DNA of 41,989 bases, taken from a virus. Taxonomy: Duplodnaviria > Caudoviricetes. The position numbers and the translations under genes were made by a program. The notes beneath the pieces were generated by a model. It ran no database searches, was not told the origin of the DNA, and saw only the letters and a list, made by a program, of their open reading frames with translations. The stretch lies in the IMG/VR virus record IMGVR_UViG_3300037790_000007, positions 1 to 41,989 of that record. One strand, given 5' to 3'. Below are positions 7,316 to 15,747 of the stretch, one piece after another; position 1 is the first letter of the stretch, and each line of letters begins with the position of its first letter.

Positions 7316-8377
7316 TTATTGGTTAGGTAAGAAATTATGATCTTGTTGCGGGCCGCCTTGGTTGCCTTGGTTGCCGTTGTAACCGCCGCCTTGGTTGCCG
7401 TTGTAACCGCCGCCTTGGTTGCCGTTGTTCTGGCCGCCGTTGTAACCGCCGCCTTGGTTGCCGTTGTTCTGGCCGCCGTTGTAACCGCCGCCTTGGTTGC
7501 CGTTGTAACCGCCGCCTTGGTTGTAACCGTTGCCTTGGCCGCCGTTGTAACCGCCGCCTTGGTTGCCTTGGCCGCCGTTGTAACCGCCGCCTTGGTTGCC
7601 TTGGCCGCCGTTGTAACCGCCGCCTTGGTTGCCGTTGTTCTGGCCGCCGTTGTAACCGTCGCCTTGGTTGCCTTGGCCGCCGTTGTAACCGCCGCCTTGG
7701 TTCTGGCCGCCGTTGTAACCGCCGCCTTGGTTCTGGCCGCCGTTGTAACCGCCGCCTTGGTTGCCTTGGCCGCCGTTGTAACCGCCGCCTTGGTTGCCTT
7801 GGCCGCCGTTGTAACCGCCGCCTTGGTTGCCTTGGCCGCCGAATGCGCTCGCAGTATCGACGCCGCCGCCGCCAATGTTTAGGCGTTGAGCATTCGCGCT
7901 TGTGACAATTTGGATCCCGTCTAACCCGGCGCTAATGCCTTTATTACCCGCGTTGTCGTAGTCGTAGCAATGCGCTAAAACGTTAACTTTTTGGCCGTTG
8001 TAGATCAGGTTCCCATATTGCATCGGGTCGAGTAATTGGCCGTTTTCGTCGTATACGTCCGGGGCGCGTAACGTCGTTTTAAAGCTGATCACCAGCCAGC
8101 CGGGGAAAAGGTCGTTGAATTCGCCCGGTTGAACCTGGCCGATCGGCATACGACCGCCCGCCGGTAAATTGCCTTTAAACTTACTTTCACGTAGGCGCTT
8201 TTGCGCTAGTTGATCGTAAAGAGGCAGATCAGAGCATTGAGGAGGAAAAACAACTTTTAGCGTCCACTTAGGTTTCCCGGCGTTCGCGCCTTGTTGTTGC
8301 GTCTCGGGTTGTGTGACGCCGTCCCATACTACGATCCCGCCGTCTAGTCTTACATGATTTTCGTCGAATTGAGCCAT
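7316..8377 (-). CDS. phage single-stranded DNA-binding protein (DUF2815-like) with long G/N/Q/Y-rich C-terminal repeat tail
   Basis: KPKWTLKVVFP, PDVYD, IYNGQKVNV, YDYDNAGNKGISAGLDGIQIV; located between PolA and a DUF2800-type nuclease as usual for this module. Confidence 0.8.
   Translation of the reverse strand: MAQFDENHVRLDGGIVVWDGVTQPETQQQGANAGKPKWTLKVVFPPQCSDLPLYDQLAQKRLRESKFKGNLPAGGRMPIGQVQPGEFNDLFPGWLVISFKTTLRAPDVYDENGQLLDPMQYGNLIYNGQKVNVLAHCYDYDNAGNKGISAGLDGIQIVTSANAQRLNIGGGGVDTASAFGGQGNQGGGYNGGQGNQGGGYNGGQGNQGGGYNGGQNQGGGYNGGQNQGGGYNGGQGNQGDGYNGGQNNGNQGGGYNGGQGNQGGGYNGGQGNQGGGYNGGQGNGYNQGGGYNGNQGGGYNGGQNNGNQGGGYNGGQNNGNQGGGYNGNQGGGYNGNQGNQGGPQQDHNFLPNQ
7352..7840 (-). repeat. coding tandem repeat, about 14 units of NQG[G/D]GYNG with variable linkers
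   Basis: The + strand shows repeated CCGTTGTAACCGCCGCCTTGGTT units with 24-39 nt periods, all multiples of 3. Confidence 0.95.
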
Positions 8378-8386
8378 TTTGGTTCC

Positions 8387-9523
8387 TTACTTTTCAGTTT
8401 TGCCGAACGCTTTCGCGCCGATCGTTTCGTTAGATTTTACAAGTTTAAGCGACGCGCTTTTCGTCGCCTTTTTGCGGATCACTTCTTCGAGATCCGGGAA
8501 TTTGCCGATCGCTTGGGTCGGTGTGATCGGTTCGCACTTGTCGAAGTCCGCGCCGAGCATCCGGCCAAGCTTGATCGCCGTTTTTGGGTCGTCCCACTTA
8601 AGGCGGCCCGGTTTACTTTCAAGACGCAGCGGGATCGAGGCGTCGCCGCCTTTCACTCGCTCAATGATTAGATCCTCAATTGCTGATCGTCTCGCCTTTG
8701 CCAAGCGCTCGGCCGTCTCTAATAAAGACAACTCGATCGCCAGCGCTTCGCCGTTCATTTCGTCCATTTCGGGCGGGTTTTTGGCGTGATCTAACAGTTT
8801 GTAAACGTGGTTTTTAACCGCCGGACAACGCCACAGCGCCGGGCAATGGTAACAGTGAGCGCCCGACGTTAGTGTCGGGTTGTTGTGCGCCTCGTACGCT
8901 TTCGCCGCCAGTTGGTTAGTGTAACCTCGGAGGTCGGACAGTTTGCCGCGCCACGATTGCACCGGGCCGTCGTTCTGATAACAAAACGGTTGGACGACGC
9001 GCAGTTCGATCGTTATGTGTTGTTCGGCGTGCCCGTCGATCCCGTACTTGTTGATCAGCCCGGCGGCGTAGTTTACGAACTGTAAAGACAACGGCGAGAC
9101 TTCGGCGTGCCCGTGCTTATAGTCCCATAGGACAACAAACCCGGCGTTAAGGTTGACGAGCGCCGCGTCTAAAGTGCCGTTATTGTTCGCGTCAATTTGA
9201 GGACATTCGATCGGGCACTCGACCAGAAGTTCGCCGCCACGCTCGGCGACTATGCGCTGAACGTCCGCCGCGTAAATGTTCGCGCCCTCGATCATTTCGT
9301 CGTCAATAATCAGCCCCGTTTCCGGGCACGTCTTACCGTGGAAAGACTCAGCGGGCGGCATCATGCCGAACGACTTAAGCGCGTTTAGCAGGGTTTCGCC
9401 GACCTTGTGCGCCGCCGTGCCCTCGACGGTGCGCGGGTGGTATCGGTCGAGTGCTTCGTTAAGCGCTACGACTGACCCGGAACAATTACCCCATATAGGG
9501 GCCGAACTCGGTCTGAAGTGCAT
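8387..9523 (-). CDS. DUF2800-type PD-(D/E)XK (Cas4-like) exonuclease
   Basis: FRPSSAPIWGNCSGS, EGTAAH, GTLDA, LWDYKHG, LQFVNYAAG, GAHCYHCPALWRCP. Confidence 0.82.
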   Translation of the reverse strand: MHFRPSSAPIWGNCSGSVVALNEALDRYHPRTVEGTAAHKVGETLLNALKSFGMMPPAESFHGKTCPETGLIIDDEMIEGANIYAADVQRIVAERGGELLVECPIECPQIDANNNGTLDAALVNLNAGFVVLWDYKHGHAEVSPLSLQFVNYAAGLINKYGIDGHAEQHITIELRVVQPFCYQNDGPVQSWRGKLSDLRGYTNQLAAKAYEAHNNPTLTSGAHCYHCPALWRCPAVKNHVYKLLDHAKNPPEMDEMNGEALAIELSLLETAERLAKARRSAIEDLIIERVKGGDASIPLRLESKPGRLKWDDPKTAIKLGRMLGADFDKCEPITPTQAIGKFPDLEEVIRKKATKSASLKLVKSNETIGAKAFGKTEK

Positions 9524-9535
9524 GATCGTCGCCTT

Positions 9536-10303
9536 TTAAAGTGAAATAGTTTTTAAGTGCGCGTAAAGCTTCGCCACCGCTTCGGCTTCTTTAGGGCCGA
9601 ACAGGTCGTTAATTTCCACGCCTACTTCACCATAAGCAGCGGTAACAAGTTTCTGATCGAGCGTTCCGGCGGCTTGGCGCTCGCTGATATATTCCATTAA
9701 ATCGCCCGCGTTTTGTGGTACATCGCCGCCCGCCGCCGCCGGTGCCGTTTGCTCGGTCTTACCGCCGAACGCGCTCGCCGTGTCTACCGGGGCGCTTTCT
9801 TTCGGTTCGTCGCCGTCTAAGGGCATAGTCGCCGCATACCATTCATTATAAGCGTTTTCATCGACGCCCGGCTTTTTCTTCCATTGGCCCTTATTGGCAC
9901 CCGAAGCATAAAACGGCTTTTGTGATTTAGTGCTTACGCAGAATTTTTCATTGTGCGGCGTGCCGTGTTCGTCGACCGGGCCGTCGTTAGCCGGTGCCGC
10001 TTTCTCGTTCGTACCGCCGAACGCCGCCGCCGTGTCTACGGTTTCTTCGGCCAGTGTTTCGCCCGTGTCCGCGTCGCTAACCGTGACCTTTGACTCGCCG
10101 GTCTTTTCGATCACGTCGTGAACCTTTTCGATTAGGCTTTTTTCGGGAGGGGTCGAGCCCGGCGTGGTTTCGGTTTCATACGGGGCGGCTAGCTCGGCTT
10201 TTTTGCCGATTTGTCGCGATTCGCCCGCGCCGTACTGGGTTAATGCCGCGCCGATAGCGGCGGCTAGACTTAAATTACTTGCATCGAATTCGATTTTTAA
10301 CAT
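9536..10303 (-). CDS. hypothetical acidic Ala-rich protein, first gene of the replication operon
   Basis: 255 aa, RBS-like GAGG upstream; two copies of VDTA[AS]AFGG in low-complexity linkers. Confidence 0.75.
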   Translation of the reverse strand: MLKIEFDASNLSLAAAIGAALTQYGAGESRQIGKKAELAAPYETETTPGSTPPEKSLIEKVHDVIEKTGESKVTVSDADTGETLAEETVDTAAAFGGTNEKAAPANDGPVDEHGTPHNEKFCVSTKSQKPFYASGANKGQWKKKPGVDENAYNEWYAATMPLDGDEPKESAPVDTASAFGGKTEQTAPAAAGGDVPQNAGDLMEYISERQAAGTLDQKLVTAAYGEVGVEINDLFGPKEAEAVAKLYAHLKTISL

Positions 10304-10340
10304 TGGTTTAAACCTCGTTGTTAATTTGTCTTTGTGTCAG

Positions 10341-10382
10341 TTGACGCCGACAAGGTTAACTGCTAATTTGTCACCGTGTCAA
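10341..10382. promoter_or_regulatory. overlapping divergent sigma70-like promoters
   Basis: + strand TTGACG(10341)-17-TAATTT(10364); - strand TTGACA(10382-10377)-18-TAACCT(10358-10353); at the strand switch between two operons. Confidence 0.6.
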
Positions 10383-10403
10383 CAATGGGCGGACAAAAAT
10401 TTT

Positions 10404-10703
10404 ATGAGCAACAGTATTTTTATGATTGACCGAGTGAGCGGCCGGGTCGTTATGTTAAGCCGTCGCGGCCCTAATGAATTCAGCTACACGTTTTTAGCGG
10501 ACTTTCGCCGAATTCGGTTAACTCGCGTTATCGTCGAGGGCATCGACCCGGACGAAATAAGCGCGGTTAACTTGTACCACGCGGCCGCGATTATTCGGAT
10601 CGGCGTTATGACGTCGCTAAATTGCCCGGAAGAAAAGATCGACGACGAGGTCGCCCGGCTTTTAGTCCAAACCGGCGCGCACTCGTTACGCGTGGAGGCT
10701 TAA
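10404..10703 (+). CDS. hypothetical protein (99 aa)
   Basis: Start reassigned to ATG 10404 (MSNSIFMIDRVSG...) because the longer track ORF overlaps the divergent gene and promoters. Confidence 0.55.
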   Translation: MSNSIFMIDRVSGRVVMLSRRGPNEFSYTFLADFRRIRLTRVIVEGIDPDEISAVNLYHAAAIIRIGVMTSLNCPEEKIDDEVARLLVQTGAHSLRVEA

Positions 10704-10705
10704 CG

Positions 10706-12436
10706 GTGTTACAACTTCGCGACTATCAAGAAAAGGTTTATCACAAAATTATTGACGCGTTCGGCCGTGTCCGGGTTGTTTTGGCCGTGGTGCCAACGGG
10801 CGGCGGTAAAACGGTTATATTTTCAAAACTGATCCACGACTGGCGCGACGGTTACACAATGGCCGTCGTACACCGAAAGGAAATTCTAGGGCAGATTAGT
10901 CTCGCGCTTGGCGCGCTTGAAGTTAAACACCGTATTCTCGCGCCGTCTTCAACGCTTCGCCGTATTCGTCGCCGCCACGTAAAGAAATACGGCCGATCGT
11001 GGATAGACGAGCGGGCACCGTGCGCCGTTGCCAGCGTTCAAACACTCGCGAGTAAAAGAGCCAGCACCGACCCGGAGATCAAGCGTTTTGTAAATCAGGT
11101 GCGTTTAGGCGTATTCGACGAGGGCCACCACTACACCGACGCGGGCCATTGGGGGCGCGCCGTTGATATGCTCGAAGCGTCTAAACTGCTTTTTGTTACT
11201 GCAACGCCAGAGCGCGCCGACGGTAAGGGCTTACACGTTAACGCCGACGGCTACGTCGAAGAAATGATCGAGGGGCCGAGCGTCGACTGGCTAATGGATC
11301 AGGGCTATTTGTGCCGTTATAAATACTTTTGCCCCGAGTCAGATCTGGACGTTAGCGGGATCGCCGTTACCGCGTCGGGTGACTTCAACGCCAAAGCGCT
11401 AAGGGCGCGGATCGTCGACTCGAACCTTATCGGCGACGTGGTGCAACACTCGCAGCGCTTCGCGGCCGGGCTAAAAACGATCGTGTTTTCGACCGACGTT
11501 AAGACCGCCGAAGAACAGGCCGACGCGTATAACGCCGCCGGAGTTACAGCTGCAGCGTTGAGCGGTGAAACCGACGACGCGGTGCGCGATCAGGCCGTGG
11601 ATGAATTCGAATTCTCGGAACTGGAAAAGCTTGTAAATGTGAACTTGTTCGACGAGGGCTTCGACGTTCCCGGCGCGGTGTGTGCCATTCATGCCCGGCC
11701 GACCGAATCGCTCGCCAAGTATATGCAGATTAACGGCCGGGTGTTTCGTCCCGTTTACGCCAAGGGCTACGACTTAAGCACGCGCGAGGGTCGGCTGGCC
11801 GCAATAGCGAACGGCCCCAAGCCGTACGCCGTGATTATCGATCCGGTTAAAAACTGGGAGCGCCACGGCTTGCCCGATTGGCCTCGCGCTTGGAATATTT
11901 ACGGCCGTAAAGCTGGCGGCACCGGGCCGGGCGATACCATAGCGCAACGCGTATGTATGGATTGCACGCAGCCTTACCCGGCTTATTTGTCGCCGTGCCC
12001 GTATTGCGGAGCGGATCATAAACCCGAGGGGCGCAGCACCCCGGCGCAAGTCGACGGTGATCTGGCCGAACTTGACGTCGACGCGTTGCGCGCGCTTTTC
12101 GACAAACAGCGAGAGGCAGACATGAGCCGGGAAGACTTCGCGCGCGGGTTATTCGTCCCTAACAGCGACGGGAAGATTGTCCCACCACCGTATCACGGCC
12201 GCTTAATTCGCAAGCATGAAGCCGCGAAGTATCGCCGCCTAGTTTTGCGGAACTTCGTTGCGTGGTGGGTGGGAATGCAACCCGCAGATCGCCCGCTCGC
12301 AGAAAAGCACAGACGTTTTTACCACCGCTTCGGGATCGACATTGCAACCGCGTTCACACTCGGCGAGCAAGAGACCGATCAGCTAATTCAAACCATAAAA
12401 ACTAAATTTACCAAGGATCTAAAACATGAACTATAA
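10706..12436 (+). CDS. superfamily 2 DExH helicase with C-terminal Zn-ribbon
   Basis: LRDYQ, VVPTGGGKT, DEGHH, TATPER, LFDEGFDVP, QINGRVFR, CMDC...CPYC. Start GTG 10706 after GGAGG. Confidence 0.92.
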   Translation: MLQLRDYQEKVYHKIIDAFGRVRVVLAVVPTGGGKTVIFSKLIHDWRDGYTMAVVHRKEILGQISLALGALEVKHRILAPSSTLRRIRRRHVKKYGRSWIDERAPCAVASVQTLASKRASTDPEIKRFVNQVRLGVFDEGHHYTDAGHWGRAVDMLEASKLLFVTATPERADGKGLHVNADGYVEEMIEGPSVDWLMDQGYLCRYKYFCPESDLDVSGIAVTASGDFNAKALRARIVDSNLIGDVVQHSQRFAAGLKTIVFSTDVKTAEEQADAYNAAGVTAAALSGETDDAVRDQAVDEFEFSELEKLVNVNLFDEGFDVPGAVCAIHARPTESLAKYMQINGRVFRPVYAKGYDLSTREGRLAAIANGPKPYAVIIDPVKNWERHGLPDWPRAWNIYGRKAGGTGPGDTIAQRVCMDCTQPYPAYLSPCPYCGADHKPEGRSTPAQVDGDLAELDVDALRALFDKQREADMSREDFARGLFVPNSDGKIVPPPYHGRLIRKHEAAKYRRLVLRNFVAWWVGMQPADRPLAEKHRRFYHRFGIDIATAFTLGEQETDQLIQTIKTKFTKDLKHEL

Positions 12437-12935
12437 CGAATGGGCCGCGCGCTTTCCCGAGGCCGCCGCGTCGCTAGAAAACGACGTCATAGTCGCCACC
12501 GACTCGCACCTAAGCACAACGCCGGGCGACAGTGAAGCGGCGAGACAGCAAGACATAAGGATCAGTATCGCAAGTCAGGGCGGTTTCGCGTGGCGGAACA
12601 ACGTCGGCGCGACCAAGGCGAAAGAGCCGTGCCAGTGTCCCGCGTGCGGTTTCCGCTTCACACTCGACCGCCAGCCGATACGGTACGGACTCGCGAACGA
12701 GTCGGCGCAGCTTAACGAGCGCATGAAATCCAGCGACTTGATCCTCGCCATACCGCGCCTAATTACACCCGAAATGGTAGGCACCACGATCGCCCAATTC
12801 GGCAGCGTTGAGACAAAGCGGCGCGGGTGGCAGTTCAGCGGGAAAGACCAAGAGGCCGGACAAATGGCTTGGTTGTCACTAGTGGCGAAAATTGGCGGGT
12901 TCGCTCGCTTCGCGTCGGAGCCGTTCGAACTATGA
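12426..12935 (+). CDS. VRR-NUC-like PD-(D/E)XK nuclease
   Basis: AWRNNVGA...IRYGL...SSDLI...FGSVETK...QMAWL; small CQCPACG insert. Confidence 0.75.
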   Translation: MNYNEWAARFPEAAASLENDVIVATDSHLSTTPGDSEAARQQDIRISIASQGGFAWRNNVGATKAKEPCQCPACGFRFTLDRQPIRYGLANESAQLNERMKSSDLILAIPRLITPEMVGTTIAQFGSVETKRRGWQFSGKDQEAGQMAWLSLVAKIGGFARFASEPFEL

Positions 12936-13474
12936 GTAATGATTATTGGTGTACGCACCCGGACGTATTCGAGGCGTATAACAAAAAATACGGCTTTAAA
13001 GTTGATTTAGCGTGCCGGGAAAATAACAAGCTTTGTGACATTGGCTTAACCGAGCAGCACAACAGCTTAAATTTTCCTTGGCACGCGGTACTCAGCGCGG
13101 CGGGTGGTTGGGGCTGGCTAAACCCGCCGTATTCTGACCCGTTGCCGTGGGTGATTAAAGCCGTAGAGGAACAGAAAAAAGGGGCGTCGCTAGTAATGCT
13201 TTTGAACGCCGACACGTCGGTATTGTGGTTTAGAAAAGCGTTCGAGACGGTAAGCGAAATTCATTTTTTCATGTCTAACGACGTAGATCCGGAATTAAGA
13301 CGAACCACCGCGTACAAAAACGGCCGTATCGAATTTATACACGCTTTGACGCGTCAGCCGGTAGGGCAAAACAATAAGCCACAATTCGCCCTCGTTTTCG
13401 ATGCTAAAAGGCCAGGGACTAGGATCACAAAGTATTATGAACTTTCACAGGTGACACATGAAAAAAAGATTTAA
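12932..13474 (+). CDS. phage DNA N6-adenine methyltransferase (Dam-like)
   Basis: WCTHPDVF, FKVDLAC, WLNPPYS catalytic motif, ADTSVLWF, GRIEF. Start ATG 12932 (ATGA overlap). Confidence 0.88.
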   Translation: MSNDYWCTHPDVFEAYNKKYGFKVDLACRENNKLCDIGLTEQHNSLNFPWHAVLSAAGGWGWLNPPYSDPLPWVIKAVEEQKKGASLVMLLNADTSVLWFRKAFETVSEIHFFMSNDVDPELRRTTAYKNGRIEFIHALTRQPVGQNNKPQFALVFDAKRPGTRITKYYELSQVTHEKKI

Positions 13475-13760
13475 ACCAGAAGTAAGAAAAGAGCAGATCA
13501 TCGACGCGGCGATCGGTATTGTCGAGGGCGACGGCTTCGCAGCGTTAGACCGTCAAACCGTCGCGCGTGTTGTCGGTGTGAGCGGCCAAACCATTAACCA
13601 CTATTTCGGCACGCTTAAGCAGCTAGAACGCGCCGTAAAACGCGCCGCCGTCGCTAAACCGTCGTATAACATTATCGCGCAGTTGATCGTAATGAACGAC
13701 GCCACGGTCGAAAACTTAGACGAGGGCGTGAAGCGTAAAGCACTGGGGGGCTTTCTATGA
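13458..13760 (+). CDS. TetR-family HTH transcriptional regulator (short, 100 aa)
   Basis: RKEQIIDAAIGIVEGDGFAALDRQTVARVVGVSGQTINHYFGT. Confidence 0.8.
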   Translation: MKKRFKPEVRKEQIIDAAIGIVEGDGFAALDRQTVARVVGVSGQTINHYFGTLKQLERAVKRAAVAKPSYNIIAQLIVMNDATVENLDEGVKRKALGGFL

Positions 13761-13957
13761 ACCCAAGACAAGCAACAGCGTATTTAAAAGGCATTAGAGC
13801 GGCGAGAACTTATGACATTCGGAGCGGGCAAAAACCGCCCGTGTGCCCGTACGAGCGGCAAAGCCTCGCGAATTACTGGCGGCGCGGTTACTCGGATTAT
13901 TTCGAGTATCACGAAGACGCGATGCACTTTTTGAAACATGCTAACGGCGACTATTAG
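13757..13957 (+). CDS. ribosome modulation factor (RMF)-like small protein
   Basis: AYLKGIRAA...CPYE...YWRRGYSD follows the RMF pattern (A..RGY.AG...CPY...W..GW). Confidence 0.55.
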   Translation: MNPRQATAYLKGIRAARTYDIRSGQKPPVCPYERQSLANYWRRGYSDYFEYHEDAMHFLKHANGDY

Positions 13958-13969
13958 GTCGCCTTTTTT
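13946..13969 (+). terminator. intrinsic terminator
   Basis: GGCGAC-TATTAG-GTCGCC hairpin followed by T6. Confidence 0.8.
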
Positions 13970-13980
13970 GTGTCCGGGTG

Positions 13981-14009
13981 TTGAACTAAATGTAACATAG
14001 TGTTATATT
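13981..14009 (+). promoter_or_regulatory. strong sigma70-like promoter with overlapping palindromic operator
   Basis: TTGAAC-17-TATATT with extended -10 TG; inverted repeat AATGTAACA-TAG-TGTTATATT (13989-14009, one mismatch). Confidence 0.7.
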
Positions 14010-14042
14010 CTAATCTCACTTAGCAAACAACGGAACGCAAAC

Positions 14043-14504
14043 ATGAATACTTATTACGAAATTACAGGCCAGATCGACGGTGAAACCGAGGTGCTTTTCG
14101 GCTCTTTTGACAAAAGCGAAGTCGATTACGAACTTAAGGCGGAGCGCGACGGGTGGAAAGACCAAGGCTATAAAAAGTTGACTAAGACGTCGCGCCAAGT
14201 TAACGAAACACCCGACCCGGAAGTATACGCGAACGGCGACAGCTTCAAAGCGGCCGTGTGTAAAGCGCTTAAGCATGAAGACGTAACGGTGAGCGTCGGC
14301 GACGTGAGCGAAATCGAATTCGACCTAGACGACTCGCGCGACATTGGCGACATTTTCGAAGCAATCGAAGCGACCGACGCCCCGATCGTTTCATTCTTCA
14401 AACAGGGTGAATTTGTAGGGTCTATGTCTGTAATGGTCGGCTACGGCGACGAGTCGATCAGCGATCACCACGTTAACGCTTTTATGAATGAGGTGTGCGC
14501 GTAA
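14043..14504 (+). CDS. hypothetical acidic protein
   Basis: 153-aa ORF directly behind the promoter; Asp/Glu-rich. Confidence 0.7.
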   Translation: MNTYYEITGQIDGETEVLFGSFDKSEVDYELKAERDGWKDQGYKKLTKTSRQVNETPDPEVYANGDSFKAAVCKALKHEDVTVSVGDVSEIEFDLDDSRDIGDIFEAIEATDAPIVSFFKQGEFVGSMSVMVGYGDESISDHHVNAFMNEVCA

Positions 14505-14773
14505 TGAATTGGGTTAGTCGTGATATATACCGCCGTTACAATGCCGTTGTGGGATTCTCGCCCGATACGGCGCACTACCGGGCAAAGGCACGCGAAGCCG
14601 CCCTGCAGCTAGGCAACGCGCCCGGCGCGGCGCTTACTCTTACTTGTGACGTCGTGAAGAAAAACGAAGACGTTCACGCCGGGCTTGTTTTGTTAGCCGC
14701 AGCCGGGGCCATTAAAGAGGATTTAACGCCGGGCGGCGTTCCGCTCTATTACTGGGAGGAACAAAAGGCATGA
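14504..14773 (+). CDS. hypothetical protein
   Basis: TAATG overlap with the upstream stop; RBS GAGGTG. Confidence 0.6.
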   Translation: MNWVSRDIYRRYNAVVGFSPDTAHYRAKAREAALQLGNAPGAALTLTCDVVKKNEDVHAGLVLLAAAGAIKEDLTPGGVPLYYWEEQKA

Positions 14774-14952
14774 CGTGTTCGGAATACTGCAAAGCCGAGG
14801 CGGGCGTAACGCTCGCCAAGGTGCAAGAGATCAGCGGCCGCCACCGGGTAACGCTCGATCGGTGGTTTCGTAACGACCGCCAACTTTTCGACCTTGTGCT
14901 AGATGGCGTCAAACACCGTTTGCACAACGCCGATCAGGAAGATAACAAATAG
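14770..14952 (+). CDS. small HTH-like DNA-binding protein
   Basis: TLAKVQEISGRHRVTLDRW helix-turn-helix pattern; GGAGG RBS; ATGA overlap. Confidence 0.55.
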   Translation: MTCSEYCKAEAGVTLAKVQEISGRHRVTLDRWFRNDRQLFDLVLDGVKHRLHNADQEDNK

Positions 14953-14980
14953 CGCGGCCCTTAAGTCGCGCACCCACTCG

Positions 14981-15004
14981 GGCACCCGTCGCGGTGCCTT
15001 TTTT
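14981..15004 (+). terminator. intrinsic terminator at a convergent junction
   Basis: GGCACC-CGTCGC-GGTGCC followed by T6. Confidence 0.8.
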
Positions 15005-15013
15005 ATTAGTTTC

Positions 15014-15181
15014 TCAATCATACGCTAAACCTCGGATCTTTTCTTCAACCGCCCAACGAGGTGAGCCGGTGAAAACTTGCATCGTCGCGATCAATTGTTC
15101 ATACCTCGGACTTTTCGCAGCCCTCGCGCATAGCGCGCTTACCGCCATATCTCTTAATTGTTCTTTTGAGTATTTCGCCAT
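15014..15181 (-). CDS. hypothetical 55-aa protein (not in ORF track)
   Basis: MAKYSKEQLRDMAVSALCARAAKSPRYEQLIATMQVFTGSPRWAVEEKIRGLAYD; AGGTG RBS. Confidence 0.6.
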   Translation of the reverse strand: MAKYSKEQLRDMAVSALCARAAKSPRYEQLIATMQVFTGSPRWAVEEKIRGLAYD

Positions 15182-15182
15182 A

Positions 15183-15353
15183 TTATTTCACCTTTTCGCA
15201 ATCGGGTTCACTTGTCAACGTCTTGACGTCGAACAAGGACGGGCACCACGCGCCGCCCTCGTATTTAAACACCACGCCCGCCTCTACCCGGTAGTAATAC
15301 GGCGCGCACCAATGTGTCGCCCCGTCGGGAGCGAAGTTTAAAGCCTTATTCAT
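15183..15353 (-). CDS. hypothetical 56-aa protein (not in ORF track)
   Basis: MNKALNFAPDGATHWCAPYYYRVEAGVVFKYEGGAWCPSLFDVKTLTSEPDCEKVK; start overlaps the upstream stop. Confidence 0.6.
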   Translation of the reverse strand: MNKALNFAPDGATHWCAPYYYRVEAGVVFKYEGGAWCPSLFDVKTLTSEPDCEKVK

Positions 15354-15747
15354 TTTGCAACGCCTCGACCGCTAGGCGCATATACTCGGCCGCCTTAAGC
15401 ATGTTCGCCGCCTTGGTGCCCGCTAGGCGGTCGGAGCGCGTTAGTTCTTCTAAGTCGGGGGCTACGTTGTTGATCACTTCGATCGCGTCGGCGCGGGTCT
15501 TAGCGGCGTTATATGCGACCGTTTCGTCCTTGTCGTGCCGGTCGAGCGGGTACGCTTCGTCAAAGTAACCACCCGAGCCGATCGCCCGGCCGTCGTCCCG
15601 GCGGTATCGCTTACCGTTTACAATGATTTGCGTCCGGGTCGTTCGGGTCACTTTTTGCGGGATCCGATACTTGTGCGACTTCCAGCCGATACGCACCTCG
15701 ACCGGCACTAATACCAGATCGCCGGGTTTAATGTTTTCAAATATCAT
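15346..15747 (-). CDS. hypothetical small beta-barrel protein
   Basis: IKPGDLVLV...KVTRTTRTQIIV...RYRRDDG; ATGA overlap. Confidence 0.65.
   Translation of the reverse strand: MIFENIKPGDLVLVPVEVRIGWKSHKYRIPQKVTRTTRTQIIVNGKRYRRDDGRAIGSGGYFDEAYPLDRHDKDETVAYNAAKTRADAIEVINNVAPDLEELTRSDRLAGTKAANMLKAAEYMRLAVEALQNE

Noticed and set aside
7352-7840. Repeat array as a CRISPR array next to a Cas4-like gene
   Set aside because: No unique spacers, all periods are multiples of 3 and in frame; the nuclease is the usual DUF2800-type replication-module gene.
7204-7882. ORFs 7337-7882 (+, VTAALVA repeats, looks like a membrane protein) and 7204-7875 (-, KAAVTTAA repeats)
   Set aside because: Alternative-frame shadows of the SSB coding repeat; stop-free only because the repeat unit lacks stops.
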